DNA of 64,000 nucleotides from Deltaproteobacteria bacterium (lineage in GTDB: Bacteria > Myxococcota > Kuafuiibacteriia > Kuafuiibacteriales > Kuafuiibacteriaceae): contig JACKEN010000003.1 in NCBI GenBank assembly GCA_020632995.1, forward strand, positions 372,677 to 436,676, read 5' to 3'. Each line of letters opens with the position of its first letter. Position 1 is the stretch's first letter. The position numbers and the translations under genes were made by a program. Shown piece after piece: positions 37,239 to 46,686 of this stretch. The notes under the pieces were generated by a model. The model made no database searches, was not told the DNA's origin, and saw only the letters and a list, made by a program, of their open reading frames with translations.

Positions 37239-38288
37239 ATGTCGAAGCGTCAGCTCGCCATGGTCATGGACCTCAACAAGTGCATCGGCTGCCAGACGTG
37301 CACGGTGTCCTGCAAGACGCAGTGGACCAACCGCAACGGCCGGGAGTACATGTACTGGAACAACGTCGAGACGAAGCCCGGCGATGGCTACCCCAAGAAG
37401 TGGGAAGACATGGGCGGCGGGTTCGACGAGCGAGGTCAGCTGAGGGACGGCCACGTGCCCTCACGCTCCTCGGAGTACGGCACGCCCTGGGACTACAACC
37501 TGAACGAGCTCGACTCCGGGAAGCTCCTGGAGGCGCAGCAGAAGCTCCAGGTGGGGCCGAACTGGGACGAGGATCAGGGCAAGGGCGACTTCCCGAACTC
37601 GTACTACTTCTACCTCCCCCGCATCTGTAACCACTGCAGCAACCCGGGTTGCCTGGCCGCCTGCCCCCGCGGGGCGATCTTCAAGCGGGACCAGGACGGC
37701 ATCGTGCTCGTGGATCACGATCGCTGCGAGGGCCTGCGGTATTGCATTGCAGGTTGTCCTTACAAGAAGATCTACTTCAACCCGAAGCTCTTCAAGAGCG
37801 AGAAGTGCATCTTCTGCTTCCCTCGCATCGAGAAAGGGCTCCCGCCCGCGTGCGCCCACCAGTGCGTGGGGCGCATCCGCTTCGTGGGCTACCTCGACGA
37901 CGAGGAGAGCCAGGTCTACAAGCTGGTGCACAAGTACAAGGTCGCGCTGCCGCTCCACGCCGAGTACGGCACCGTGCCCAACGTCTTCTACGTGCCGCCG
38001 CTCCCCGGGCCCCCGAAGTACGACGCGTTCGGCAAGCCCGTGGCGGGCAGCGAGCGCATCCCGCTCGAGTACCTCGAGAGCCTGTTCGGGCCCGACACCA
38101 AGGCCTCCCTCGCGGTGCTCGAGAAGGAGATGGCGAAGCGCAAGGCCGGCAAGACGTCGGAGCTGATGGACATCCTCATCGCCTACAAGCACTCCGACAT
38201 GTTCCGCATCGACGCCCCGAAGCCCACCGCCAGCGTGGGCACCGATCTCATCCAGATCGGCAAGAAGGCAGAGAGGAGCCCGGCGTGA
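37239..38288 (+). CDS. NarH-like iron-sulfur beta subunit of type II molybdoenzyme
   Basis: Block-by-block similarity to NarH: LNKCIGCQTCTVSCK, YWNNVETKPGDGYP, GPNWDEDQG, YLPRICNHCSNPGCLAACP, GIVLVDHDRCEGLRYCIAGCPYKKIYFN, SEKCIFCFPRIE, CVGRIRFVG, VALPLHAEYGTVPNVFYVPPLP. Confidence 0.9.
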   Translation: MSKRQLAMVMDLNKCIGCQTCTVSCKTQWTNRNGREYMYWNNVETKPGDGYPKKWEDMGGGFDERGQLRDGHVPSRSSEYGTPWDYNLNELDSGKLLEAQQKLQVGPNWDEDQGKGDFPNSYYFYLPRICNHCSNPGCLAACPRGAIFKRDQDGIVLVDHDRCEGLRYCIAGCPYKKIYFNPKLFKSEKCIFCFPRIEKGLPPACAHQCVGRIRFVGYLDDEESQVYKLVHKYKVALPLHAEYGTVPNVFYVPPLPGPPKYDAFGKPVAGSERIPLEYLESLFGPDTKASLAVLEKEMAKRKAGKTSELMDILIAYKHSDMFRIDAPKPTASVGTDLIQIGKKAERSPA

Positions 38289-39487
38289 AGGCGCGGCTGA
38301 TGATGGGCGCCGTCCTCGGCGCCGCGATGCTCATGGGCGGGAGCGCCCGGGCCGACGACGCCTACCTTAAGGCGGAGGCGGTGACGGTGACCCGCACCCA
38401 GAAGGTGCCGAAGGATCCGCGGGACGCGGCGTGGGCCAAGGCCCCGGCGGCCCGGGTGATGCTGGGCGCTCAGCGGACGGTGCGCCTCAACGATCGGGAC
38501 GCCAACCCGCACCGGGACGACGCCCAGAAGTTCGCCGAGGTGCAGGCCTACAGCGACGGCAAGACGCTGGCGATGCGGGTCTCGTGGGTCGATCCCACCG
38601 AGGACCGGGCGCTCTACGACGAGACCTCGGTGTTCGGCGACGCGGTGGCGATGGAGATGCCGGCCGCCTTCGGGGCGGAGCACCGCCTGCCCTACGTCGG
38701 CATGGGCGACCCCGACGAGAACGTGGTGGTGTCGATGATCCGCGCCACCACCAGCTACCAGGGCGCGCCGATGTCGCGGCCGCGGACCACGGTGGCGGCG
38801 GGCTTCGGCTCCCTCACCCGGGCCCCGCTGCCGTGGATGGACATGGTCATGTACTACGACCGCAAGCTGCCTGGCTGGCGGGCCACCTTCGTGCGGCCGG
38901 TGACCACCCCCGAGCACGACATCGCGCGCCCCCTGGTGCCGTTCGCGCTCGCGGTTTGGGACGGGGCCGAGAAGCAGCGCGGCGGCAACAAGTCGCTGTC
39001 CCGCTGGAAGGTGCTGCACGACGCCCAGGCCAAGGCGGAGCCCGCGTACCTCGAGAAGCTGGCCTACGGGTACGGCGCGCAGGCCACCGGTGATGCGGCC
39101 AAGGGCAAGGCGCTCGCCACCGCGGTGTGCATCGCCTGCCACCGCTTCGCGGAGTACCAGGTGGCGCCGCCCGAGCTCGCGCCGGAGCTGACCAACGTCG
39201 GCGTCATCACCAACCCGACGTATCTGCGCGACTCCATCAAGGAGCCGAGCCAGATCATCGTGCCGGTGCTGAACCTCAACCGCCACTACTCCAAGTCGAA
39301 GGAGCGGGACCGGTACGGCGCCTACCAGAACGACGACACCTACCAGTGGTTCTCCATCGACGCCGCGGGCAAGCGGGTGTCCCGCATGCCGAGCTTCGCG
39401 GGCTTCAGCCCCGAGCAGATCGCGGATCTGGTGGCGTTCCTGCAGACCCTCGGTACCCAGCCTGCCCCGAAGAAGGAAGGTCAGTGA
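38285..39487 (+). CDS. Gamma subunit: EbdC/SerC-type heme-b domain fused to a C-terminal cytochrome c domain
   Basis: GTG start overlapping beta stop (GTGA); signal peptide; N-terminal about 250 aa of type-II heme-b-subunit size; C-terminal CIACH (CxxCH) with downstream Met-rich cytochrome c-like region. Confidence 0.7.
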   Translation: MKARLMMGAVLGAAMLMGGSARADDAYLKAEAVTVTRTQKVPKDPRDAAWAKAPAARVMLGAQRTVRLNDRDANPHRDDAQKFAEVQAYSDGKTLAMRVSWVDPTEDRALYDETSVFGDAVAMEMPAAFGAEHRLPYVGMGDPDENVVVSMIRATTSYQGAPMSRPRTTVAAGFGSLTRAPLPWMDMVMYYDRKLPGWRATFVRPVTTPEHDIARPLVPFALAVWDGAEKQRGGNKSLSRWKVLHDAQAKAEPAYLEKLAYGYGAQATGDAAKGKALATAVCIACHRFAEYQVAPPELAPELTNVGVITNPTYLRDSIKEPSQIIVPVLNLNRHYSKSKERDRYGAYQNDDTYQWFSIDAAGKRVSRMPSFAGFSPEQIADLVAFLQTLGTQPAPKKEGQ

Positions 39488-39488
39488 C

Positions 39489-39899
39489 ATGAAGCGCAGC
39501 GTGTTGATGCTCGGTGTGTTGAGCGCCGCTCTCTGGGCGGCCCCCGCCTCGGCCCAGGAGAAGGGCGACGACGTGGAGGTGACCTCCGGCTCGGTGACCG
39601 GGCTCTCCTGCGCCCTCGAGGCCCAGAAGACCGGCCACCTGGAGCTGCTGGCCGCGTGCCCGCTCCAGGAGGCGGTGAAGGAGATCGTGATCTTCGACGT
39701 GGCGGAGCGCGCGATCTATCGGCTCCAGGGCGTCACGGTGGCCATGTACGAGCTCGAGATGGCCTACGGCGGCGGCTCCATCGACATGGAGGGCGTCGTC
39801 ACCAAGGTCGACAAGAAGACCGGCGTGGCCACGGTGAAGGTGGCAGAGTACTCCATCACCAAGAAGCCGAAGGCGGGCGGGTTCAAGGGCTGCCTGTGA
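39489..39899 (+). CDS. Small periplasmic protein of unknown function in molybdoenzyme operon
   Basis: Signal peptide MKRSVLMLGVLSAALWAAPASA; 136 aa; stop overlaps next GTG start. Confidence 0.5.
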   Translation: MKRSVLMLGVLSAALWAAPASAQEKGDDVEVTSGSVTGLSCALEAQKTGHLELLAACPLQEAVKEIVIFDVAERAIYRLQGVTVAMYELEMAYGGGSIDMEGVVTKVDKKTGVATVKVAEYSITKKPKAGGFKGCL

Positions 39900-40789
39900 A
39901 GGACCTGATCCAGATCGGCGCCGGGGTGCAGGCGGGCAAGCCCGACCTCCGCTTCGGCACCAGCGCCGCCCCCAACGATCGCGCCGGCTTCGCTCGCGCG
40001 GTGGTGGCGGTGACGTCTGGAAAGGGCGGGGTGGGCAAGTCCACCGTGGCGGTCAACCTGGCGGTGGGCTGCGCGCAACGCGGCTTGCGGGTGGGCCTGT
40101 TGGACGCGGACGTCTACGGGCCCAGCGTGCCCCGCATGCTGTCGCTCCACGGCGAGCGCCTCGAGTGGAGCGACGACGACAAGATGATCCCGGCCGAGAA
40201 CTTCGGGGTCAAGCTCGTGAGCACCGCCCTCACCACCCCCGAGCTCGACACGCCGCTCGCGTGGCGCTCCTCGGTGGCCACCAGCGCGCTGGTGCAGCTC
40301 ATCGAGGACGTGGACTGGGGTGAGCTCGACATCCTCTTCGTCGACATGCCGCCGGGCACCGGCGACGTGCAGATCACCGTGGTCCAGGAGGTGAAGCTCA
40401 CCTACGCGGTGGTGGTCACGACCCCGCAGACGGTGGCCACCGACGACGTGGCGCGGGCGATCCGCATGCTGGCCGACGTGGGTGTGCCCGCCGGCCTGGT
40501 CGAGAACATGAGCTTCTTTCGGGCCCCGGACACCGGGGCCATCTACCATCCCTTTGGCGAGGGCGGCGGTCGAGGCCTGGCGGAGCGCTATCAGCTGCCG
40601 CTGCTGGGCACCCTGGCCCTGGCACCTTCGGTCATGACGCGGGCAGACGAAGGTCTGCCTGCGGTGGCCGGTGGCGCGCCCGAGGACCAGGCGCCGTGGC
40701 AGGCGCTGGTCGATCACCTCCTCAAGCAACCTTCTCTGCTCGAGCGGCTCCCACCGGGGACCGCAACAACCCATCAGGAGAACATATGA
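39896..40789 (+). CDS. apbC: Mrp/NBP35/ApbC-family Fe-S cluster carrier ATPase
   Basis: Walker A SGKGGVGKST; conserved CxxC-type region and Mrp signature blocks; GTG start overlapping upstream stop; stop overlaps cytochrome c ATG. Confidence 0.8.
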   Translation: MKDLIQIGAGVQAGKPDLRFGTSAAPNDRAGFARAVVAVTSGKGGVGKSTVAVNLAVGCAQRGLRVGLLDADVYGPSVPRMLSLHGERLEWSDDDKMIPAENFGVKLVSTALTTPELDTPLAWRSSVATSALVQLIEDVDWGELDILFVDMPPGTGDVQITVVQEVKLTYAVVVTTPQTVATDDVARAIRMLADVGVPAGLVENMSFFRAPDTGAIYHPFGEGGGRGLAERYQLPLLGTLALAPSVMTRADEGLPAVAGGAPEDQAPWQALVDHLLKQPSLLERLPPGTATTHQENI

Positions 40790-41166
40790 AGAAGACCATC
40801 CTTATCGTGCTCGGAGCCCTCTTTGTCGCCAACGCCGCCGTGGCCGCCCCCAAGGCCAAGGCGCCCAAACCCACCAAGGAGCTGCTCGAGAAGGGCAAGG
40901 CCACCTTCACCGTGAACTGCGTGGCCTGCCACGGCGAGAAGGGCGACGGGACGGGCCCCGCGGCGGTGGCGCTCGACCCCAAGCCGCGAAACTTCTCGAC
41001 CGACCAGTTCAAGAACGGGGACAAGCCCGACCAGGTGTTCAAGACGATCTCCGAGGGGCTCGCGGGGACGCCGATGGTGGCGTATGGTCACCTCTCCGAG
41101 GAGGAGCGGTGGGGGCTGGTGTACTACGTCCTCGAGTTCCACAAGAAGGCCGGCAAGAAGAAGTAG
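40786..41166 (+). CDS. Monoheme class I cytochrome c
   Basis: Signal peptide; CVACH heme-binding motif; distal Met (GTPMVAYG). Confidence 0.75.
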   Translation: MKKTILIVLGALFVANAAVAAPKAKAPKPTKELLEKGKATFTVNCVACHGEKGDGTGPAAVALDPKPRNFSTDQFKNGDKPDQVFKTISEGLAGTPMVAYGHLSEEERWGLVYYVLEFHKKAGKKK

Positions 41167-41211
41167 GTCGCGGTCGGGCTCGGAGTCCCGGATGACGGGA
41201 GGGGGCGTGGA

Positions 41212-41847
41212 ATGAGGCTTGGATTTCTCGTGGACCTGGACCTCTGCATGGGCTGCAAGGCCTGTGAGGTCGCGTGCAAGGCGGAGAACAACGTGCCCGT
41301 CGGGGCGTGGCGCTTGCGCGTGAAGTATGTGGACACCGGGACCTATCCCGACGCCAAGCGCGCATTCACACCCATGCGCTGCAACCAGTGTGACAACGCC
41401 CCCTGCGAGCGGGCCTGCCCGGTGGGGGCGTTGCACTACCTCGACAACGGCATCGTCGACGTCGACAAGGACCGTTGCATCGGCTGCGCCGCGTGCATGA
41501 TGGCTTGCCCATACGGCGCCCTCTACATGGACCCCGAGACCAACACCGCCGACAAGTGCACCTTCTGCGCGCACCGGGTCGAGGGCGGCCTCGAGCCGGC
41601 CTGTGTGGTCGCCTGCCCGGTGGAGGCGAACATCTTCGGTGACCTGGACGATCCGCGCAGCAGGATCAGCCAGTACATCATGGCCCACAACGACTCGCGG
41701 GTGAGGAAGCCCGAGAAGGGCACCGTGCCGAAGCACTACTACACCGGTGGCGGCGCGGTGCACCTCGACCCCCTGGCCTCACGCCGGGAGCCGGGCTTCA
41801 ACCTCTTCAACCGCATCGGCACGCTGGACAAGATCGGGGGGCACTAG
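41212..41847 (+). CDS. 4x[4Fe-4S] ferredoxin subunit (TtrB/PsrB/NrfC-like)
   Basis: Four Cys clusters (CMGCKACEVAC, CNQCDNAPCERACP, CIGCAACMMACP, CTFCAHRVEGGLEPACVVACP). Confidence 0.8.
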   Translation: MRLGFLVDLDLCMGCKACEVACKAENNVPVGAWRLRVKYVDTGTYPDAKRAFTPMRCNQCDNAPCERACPVGALHYLDNGIVDVDKDRCIGCAACMMACPYGALYMDPETNTADKCTFCAHRVEGGLEPACVVACPVEANIFGDLDDPRSRISQYIMAHNDSRVRKPEKGTVPKHYYTGGGAVHLDPLASRREPGFNLFNRIGTLDKIGGH

Positions 41848-42711
41848 ATGAACTCTGCTGTCGTCACCCTGGACGTCCTGCACTCCGGAGTCATCTGGGG
41901 CTGGTACGTCACCATGAACTTCTGGGCCAAGAGCATCGCCACCGGCGTGATCCTCCTGGCGCCCTGGCTCCTGAAGCGCTCCGAGAACCCGCAGCTGCGC
42001 TTCCTCACCGCGGGGGTGGGCTTCGTCTTCTTGAACATCACACTGCTGTTCACCGTGTTGGACCTGCACCAGCCCTTCAGGTTCTGGCACATGTTCGTGC
42101 ACCCGCACTTCACGAGCGTCATCAACATCGGGGCGTGGATCCTCACCGCCCTGAACGGCCTGTTGGTGCTCCACCTGTTCATGGCGTGGCGCAAGCGCGA
42201 CGCGCTCTACGACAAGCTCCTGCCGGTGACCTGGTTCGTGGCCTTCCTCGCCACGATCTACACCGCGGGCCTGCTCGGGCAGGCGAACGCGCGTGAGATC
42301 TGGCAGGCGCCGGCCGAGGTGGCCCAGATGATCCTGGCCGCCACCCTCTCGGGCAGCGCGGTGTTCCTGCTCATCGGGGGCGGCGACGCAGAGATCAAGC
42401 GGCACCTCGGCACCGTCCTCGGGGTCTCCGCCCTCGTGGCGCTGAGCATCTTCCTCGCGGAGATCTTCCTCGCCCCCCAGAAGTCCGAGGAGGCCGAGTA
42501 CCTGATCCACATCCTGGTCTCGGGTCAGCTCAGCGGGCTGTTCCTGGGCGGTCTGGTGGTGGGCTTCGTGGCGCCGGCGGTGCTCGCCTATGTCGGGGTT
42601 CGCAAGAACCAGGCAGGGCTCCTTGCGCTGGCCAGCGTGATGGGCCTGGTCGGCCTGTGGCTGGTGAAGCACGCGTGGCTCATCGCGCCCCAGCTCATCC
42701 CCCTCAGCTGA
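41848..42711 (+). CDS. NrfD/PsrC-family integral membrane quinol-interacting anchor (TtrC-like)
   Basis: Eight predicted TM helices; NrfD-like pattern; ATG one base after the B-subunit stop. Confidence 0.8.
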   Translation: MNSAVVTLDVLHSGVIWGWYVTMNFWAKSIATGVILLAPWLLKRSENPQLRFLTAGVGFVFLNITLLFTVLDLHQPFRFWHMFVHPHFTSVINIGAWILTALNGLLVLHLFMAWRKRDALYDKLLPVTWFVAFLATIYTAGLLGQANAREIWQAPAEVAQMILAATLSGSAVFLLIGGGDAEIKRHLGTVLGVSALVALSIFLAEIFLAPQKSEEAEYLIHILVSGQLSGLFLGGLVVGFVAPAVLAYVGVRKNQAGLLALASVMGLVGLWLVKHAWLIAPQLIPLS

Positions 42712-42730
42712 GAATCGGTCGGAGCATAAC

Positions 42731-45700
42731 ATGGCGACCCATCGACGAACCTTCCTCAAGGCAGCCACCATCTCCACCGGCGCCGCAGCGGCGCTGGTGG
42801 GCTCGATCCGGTCCTTCATCCCCAAGGCCCGGGCCGGTGAGTCCGTGGCGACCAAGTACGACAAGCTCCCCGTGGTGAACGGGAACCTGGAGCGCTACCC
42901 GCCGTTCGAGAAGTGGAACGGTTGGCGCGAGATGGACGGTGACGACTGGAAGCGTGGCGGCATCCTGCGCCACGACGTGAAGGTCAACGACTACATGTTG
43001 GTCCCGACCGTCTGCAACAACTGCGAGGCGGTGTGCGGCCTGACCGCGTGGGTCGACAAGGAGACCCTCACCGTCCGGAAGTACATGGGCAACCCGCTCC
43101 ACACCGGGAGCCAGGGTCGCAACTGCGCCAAGGGCTACGCGGTGCTCACGCAGATGTACGATCCCGACCGGATCCCGTTCCCGCTCAAGCGGGCCCCCGG
43201 GACCAAGCGCGGCGACGGCAAGTGGGTGCGCACCACCTGGGACGAGGCCATGGCCACCATCGGTGGCAAGATGCGCGAGGCCCTCTCCAAGGGCGATGAG
43301 TTCACCAAGAAGTCCATCATGCACCACGTGGGCCGGCCCAACGAGTCCGGGTTCACGCCGCGGGTGTGGGCGAGCCTGGGGCAGGACTTCCAGAACAGCC
43401 ACACCAACATCTGCTCCGCGAGCGGGCGCTTCGGGAGCCTGTTGTGGGCGAACGACGACCGCAGCTCCTCGGACTGGTCCAACGCGCGGCTGATCTTCCT
43501 GATCTCCTCCCACGCGGCGGACGCGGGCCACTACTTCCAGCAGTCGGCGCGGCAGATCGCCGAGGCGCGCAAGAAGGGCGCCAAGCTGGTGGTGCTCGAC
43601 CCGCGCCTGTCCAACTCCGCCGGCATGGCGGATCTGTGGATCCCGTGCTGGCCCGGGAGCGAGGCGGCAATCCAGCTTGCCATCGCTGGGCGGCTGATCA
43701 AGGAGCGCCGCTACAACCGTGAGTTCGTCCGCCGGTGGTGGAACTGGCAGGACTTCATGGCGTCCAAGGACACCCACCAGCTCCTCCTCGAGCAGGGCTT
43801 CATCACCAAGCTGCCCGCGGGTGAGGGCTTCGAGGCCTTCGAGGCCTTCATGGAGGACATGTACGGCGCCTACACCCTCGAGTGGGCGGCGGAGCAGGCG
43901 CGGGTCCCGCTCTCCAAGCTCGAGACGCTGTACGAGTACTTCCTGTACGCGGGCGACCGCGTGGCGAGCTTCCACTGGCGGGCGACCGCGGCGGGGAACC
44001 GGGGCGGCTGGATGTCGTCGTCCCGCACCGGCATCTTCCTGATCAGCCTCCTCGGTAACTACAGCGGCGTCGGCGCGCTGGGCTACCACCACGGGCGCGA
44101 GATCGCGGTGGCGGGAAAGGGCGGCAAGAGCACGGTGGGCGAGAAGCCGCCGAAGGTGGACGAGTGGAACGACCTGTCGTGGCCGCCGGAGTGGCCGCTC
44201 GCCTCTTATGAGCTGAGCTTCCTGTTGCCGCACCTGTTGACCGACACCGACTGGCAGCAGAAGTGGCGCGACAAGGGGCTCACCGTGCCCTCCAAGATCC
44301 CGGTGTACTTCCCGCGGATGTACAACCCGGTGTGGATCAACCCGGACGGCTTCCGGTGGATCGAGGTGCTGCGGGACGAGTCCAAGATCGAGCTCGCGAT
44401 CAACCCGTCGCCGATCTGGTCCGAGACCAACTGGTTCATGGACTACATCCTCCCCACCGGCCTGTCGGGGGAGCGGCACGACCAGCACTCCGAGCCCACC
44501 AACACCGAGGCCTGGGTGGCGTTCCGTCAACCTGTCTTGCGCGCGGCGCTCGAGAAGATGGGCTGGGAGCCCAAGGACCCGGCGCGGGCCACGTTGGAGG
44601 CCCACATGAAGGCGGGCCTGGGTGAGATCTGGGAGGAGAACGAGTTCTTCATCAACCTCCTGTTCCACCACGTGGATCCGGACGGCGCCCTCGGGATCCG
44701 GCAGTACTGGGAGAGCCGGGCCCGCCCCGGCAACCCGGTGACGATCGCCGAGTACTATGACGCCGCCTTCGGCACTCTGCCCGGCCTGACCAAGGCCGCG
44801 AAGGAGGCCGCGGCCAAGAAGGCGAAGGACGCCAAGACGCCGGAGGAGAAGAAGCTCGCGGCGTTCGCGGCCCAGCACCCCTGCTACGACATGATGCGGG
44901 ACCGGGGCGCCTGGACCGAGCACGTCGACGTCTTCAACCAGTACGAGGAGGAGCTCGAGGTCGACGAGGCCCGCGGCGTGGTGAAGACGAAGGCGATGGA
45001 CGTCTTCGGCGGCGCCGTCGAGTACCCGATCAAGAGCGTCAAGACGGACCCGAAGACCCAGCAGCTCTACGTCGAGACGCCCGAGGGGCGCCACAACGTC
45101 GGCGTGGTGGGCGAGCGCGGGGGCTGGGAGGTCGGCTTCCCCACCCCGAGCCGCAAGATGGACTTCTTCGCCGGCTGGATGAAGGACTGGGGTTGGCCGG
45201 AGTACACCATCCCGATCTACCCGCGCACCAAGGCCCAGATGGACAAGATGATCCACCTGGTCTCCCACGTGCACCATCAGTACATGACGGAGGAGAACGC
45301 GTTCGCCCTGAACCCGATCTTCCGCCTCTCGTACAACATCCACACCCGCGGCGTGAACTCGAAGTGGCTGCAGGAGATCAGCCAGAACCACGCGCCCCTG
45401 TGGATCAGCATGCAAGACGCCCGGCGGATGGGCCTCGGTCGCGGTGACCCGGTCAAGGTGCGGGTGGTCGACACGCTCTCCGGCAAGGAGTCGGGCTACT
45501 TCGTGGCCATGGCGATGCCCACCGAGGGCATGGCGCCCGGGGTGCTGTCCTGCAGCCACCACGCCGGCCGGTGGCGCGTGGTGGACAAGGTCGACATCTC
45601 GGGCTTCGAGCAGCCGCTCCACATCATGCGGGCCGGCAGCCCGCAGGCGGAGCTGAAGGAGGAGGGCTCGACGCAACGCAGCCTGCGCTACACGAAGGGC

Positions 45701-46081
45701 ATCGAGGCCTTCCTCCCCACGCCCACCAAGGAGTTCGGCGACAAGGGCTGGCCCTTCGCCGCGGTCAACCAGGACCTCGACAACATCAGCTGGGACGGCC
45801 TGAGCGGGGTCTGGCAGAACGCCACGCACCACCCGCACCCGGATCCGATCTCCGGCATGCACTGCTGGCACCAGAAGGTGCTGCTCGAGAAGGCGGGGCC
45901 GGGCGACCGGATCGGCGACCTCAAGGTCGACATCTCGGCCACCTACGCCACCTACCAGGCCTGGCGTGACGAGCTCACCCGGCCGGCGCCGGGGCCGGGC
46001 GGCCTGCGCCGACCCGAGCACCTGAAGCGCCCGTGGGTCGCGATCACCCGCGACGCCTACAAGATGAAGACCAAGGCGTGA
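42731..46081 (+). CDS. Tat-exported molybdopterin oxidoreductase catalytic subunit, TtrA/SrdA-like (gene order B-C-A)
   Basis: Twin-arginine signal MATHRRTFLKAATISTGAAAA; 4Fe-4S motif CNNCEAVCGL...GRNCAKGY (Cx2Cx3C...C); about 1116 aa; B-C-A order matches ttrBCA/srdBCA-type operons. Confidence 0.8.
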   Translation: MATHRRTFLKAATISTGAAAALVGSIRSFIPKARAGESVATKYDKLPVVNGNLERYPPFEKWNGWREMDGDDWKRGGILRHDVKVNDYMLVPTVCNNCEAVCGLTAWVDKETLTVRKYMGNPLHTGSQGRNCAKGYAVLTQMYDPDRIPFPLKRAPGTKRGDGKWVRTTWDEAMATIGGKMREALSKGDEFTKKSIMHHVGRPNESGFTPRVWASLGQDFQNSHTNICSASGRFGSLLWANDDRSSSDWSNARLIFLISSHAADAGHYFQQSARQIAEARKKGAKLVVLDPRLSNSAGMADLWIPCWPGSEAAIQLAIAGRLIKERRYNREFVRRWWNWQDFMASKDTHQLLLEQGFITKLPAGEGFEAFEAFMEDMYGAYTLEWAAEQARVPLSKLETLYEYFLYAGDRVASFHWRATAAGNRGGWMSSSRTGIFLISLLGNYSGVGALGYHHGREIAVAGKGGKSTVGEKPPKVDEWNDLSWPPEWPLASYELSFLLPHLLTDTDWQQKWRDKGLTVPSKIPVYFPRMYNPVWINPDGFRWIEVLRDESKIELAINPSPIWSETNWFMDYILPTGLSGERHDQHSEPTNTEAWVAFRQPVLRAALEKMGWEPKDPARATLEAHMKAGLGEIWEENEFFINLLFHHVDPDGALGIRQYWESRARPGNPVTIAEYYDAAFGTLPGLTKAAKEAAAKKAKDAKTPEEKKLAAFAAQHPCYDMMRDRGAWTEHVDVFNQYEEELEVDEARGVVKTKAMDVFGGAVEYPIKSVKTDPKTQQLYVETPEGRHNVGVVGERGGWEVGFPTPSRKMDFFAGWMKDWGWPEYTIPIYPRTKAQMDKMIHLVSHVHHQYMTEENAFALNPIFRLSYNIHTRGVNSKWLQEISQNHAPLWISMQDARRMGLGRGDPVKVRVVDTLSGKESGYFVAMAMPTEGMAPGVLSCSHHAGRWRVVDKVDISGFEQPLHIMRAGSPQAELKEEGSTQRSLRYTKGIEAFLPTPTKEFGDKGWPFAAVNQDLDNISWDGLSGVWQNATHHPHPDPISGMHCWHQKVLLEKAGPGDRIGDLKVDISATYATYQAWRDELTRPAPGPGGLRRPEHLKRPWVAITRDAYKMKTKA

Positions 46082-46686
46082 TGGAGGCCCAGGGGCGCGC
46101 CAACCTCTACGGCTTCTTCTCCCGGCTGTTCATCCGGGAGCTCGACGACGAGGCGGTGGCGCTGTTGGCGGGGCCGCTCGGGCAAGATCTCTTGCCCGAG
46201 GCCACCGCGGCGGGGGACGTGGCGCTGGCCGCCGACCCCGCCCGTCGGCACGCGGTGCTGGACCCCGACTACACCCACATCACGGTGGTGAACGTGGTGC
46301 CCTACGCCTCGTTCTACCTGCGCGACGACGCCATGGTGGAGGGCGGCACGGCGAACCCGGCGGCGGAGTTCCTGAAGGAGTACGGCTTCGAGGTGGATCT
46401 GGTGGCGGCGCGCTCGCTCGCGCCCGACCACATCGGGATCCTGCTCGAGAGCATGGCGGTGCTCGCCAACGCCGAGGCGGAGGCCGAGGCGCGTCCGGAC
46501 CCTGCCTACGCGGCCCGGATCCGGCAGGTGCAGCGCACGTTTCTGCAGGACCACCTGCTCTCCTGGGCGCCCGTCTACCTGTACGCGGTGGAGCGCTGCG
46601 CGCACAGCACCCTCTACCGCGAGGCGGCCAGCGTGCTGATGGACTTCCTCGGGAGCGACGCCCAGGACCTGGAGGCAGAGGCGTGA
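46081..46686 (+). CDS. TorD/DmsD/NarJ-family molybdoenzyme maturation chaperone
   Basis: Size and helical pattern of REMP chaperones (LYGFFSRLFIRELD...); start overlaps TtrA-like stop. Confidence 0.65.
   Translation: MEAQGRANLYGFFSRLFIRELDDEAVALLAGPLGQDLLPEATAAGDVALAADPARRHAVLDPDYTHITVVNVVPYASFYLRDDAMVEGGTANPAAEFLKEYGFEVDLVAARSLAPDHIGILLESMAVLANAEAEAEARPDPAYAARIRQVQRTFLQDHLLSWAPVYLYAVERCAHSTLYREAASVLMDFLGSDAQDLEAEA

Noticed and set aside
42704-46021. 1105-aa minus ORF
   Set aside because: Antisense to the TtrA-like catalytic subunit gene, which has a Tat signal and Fe-S motif in the plus frame.
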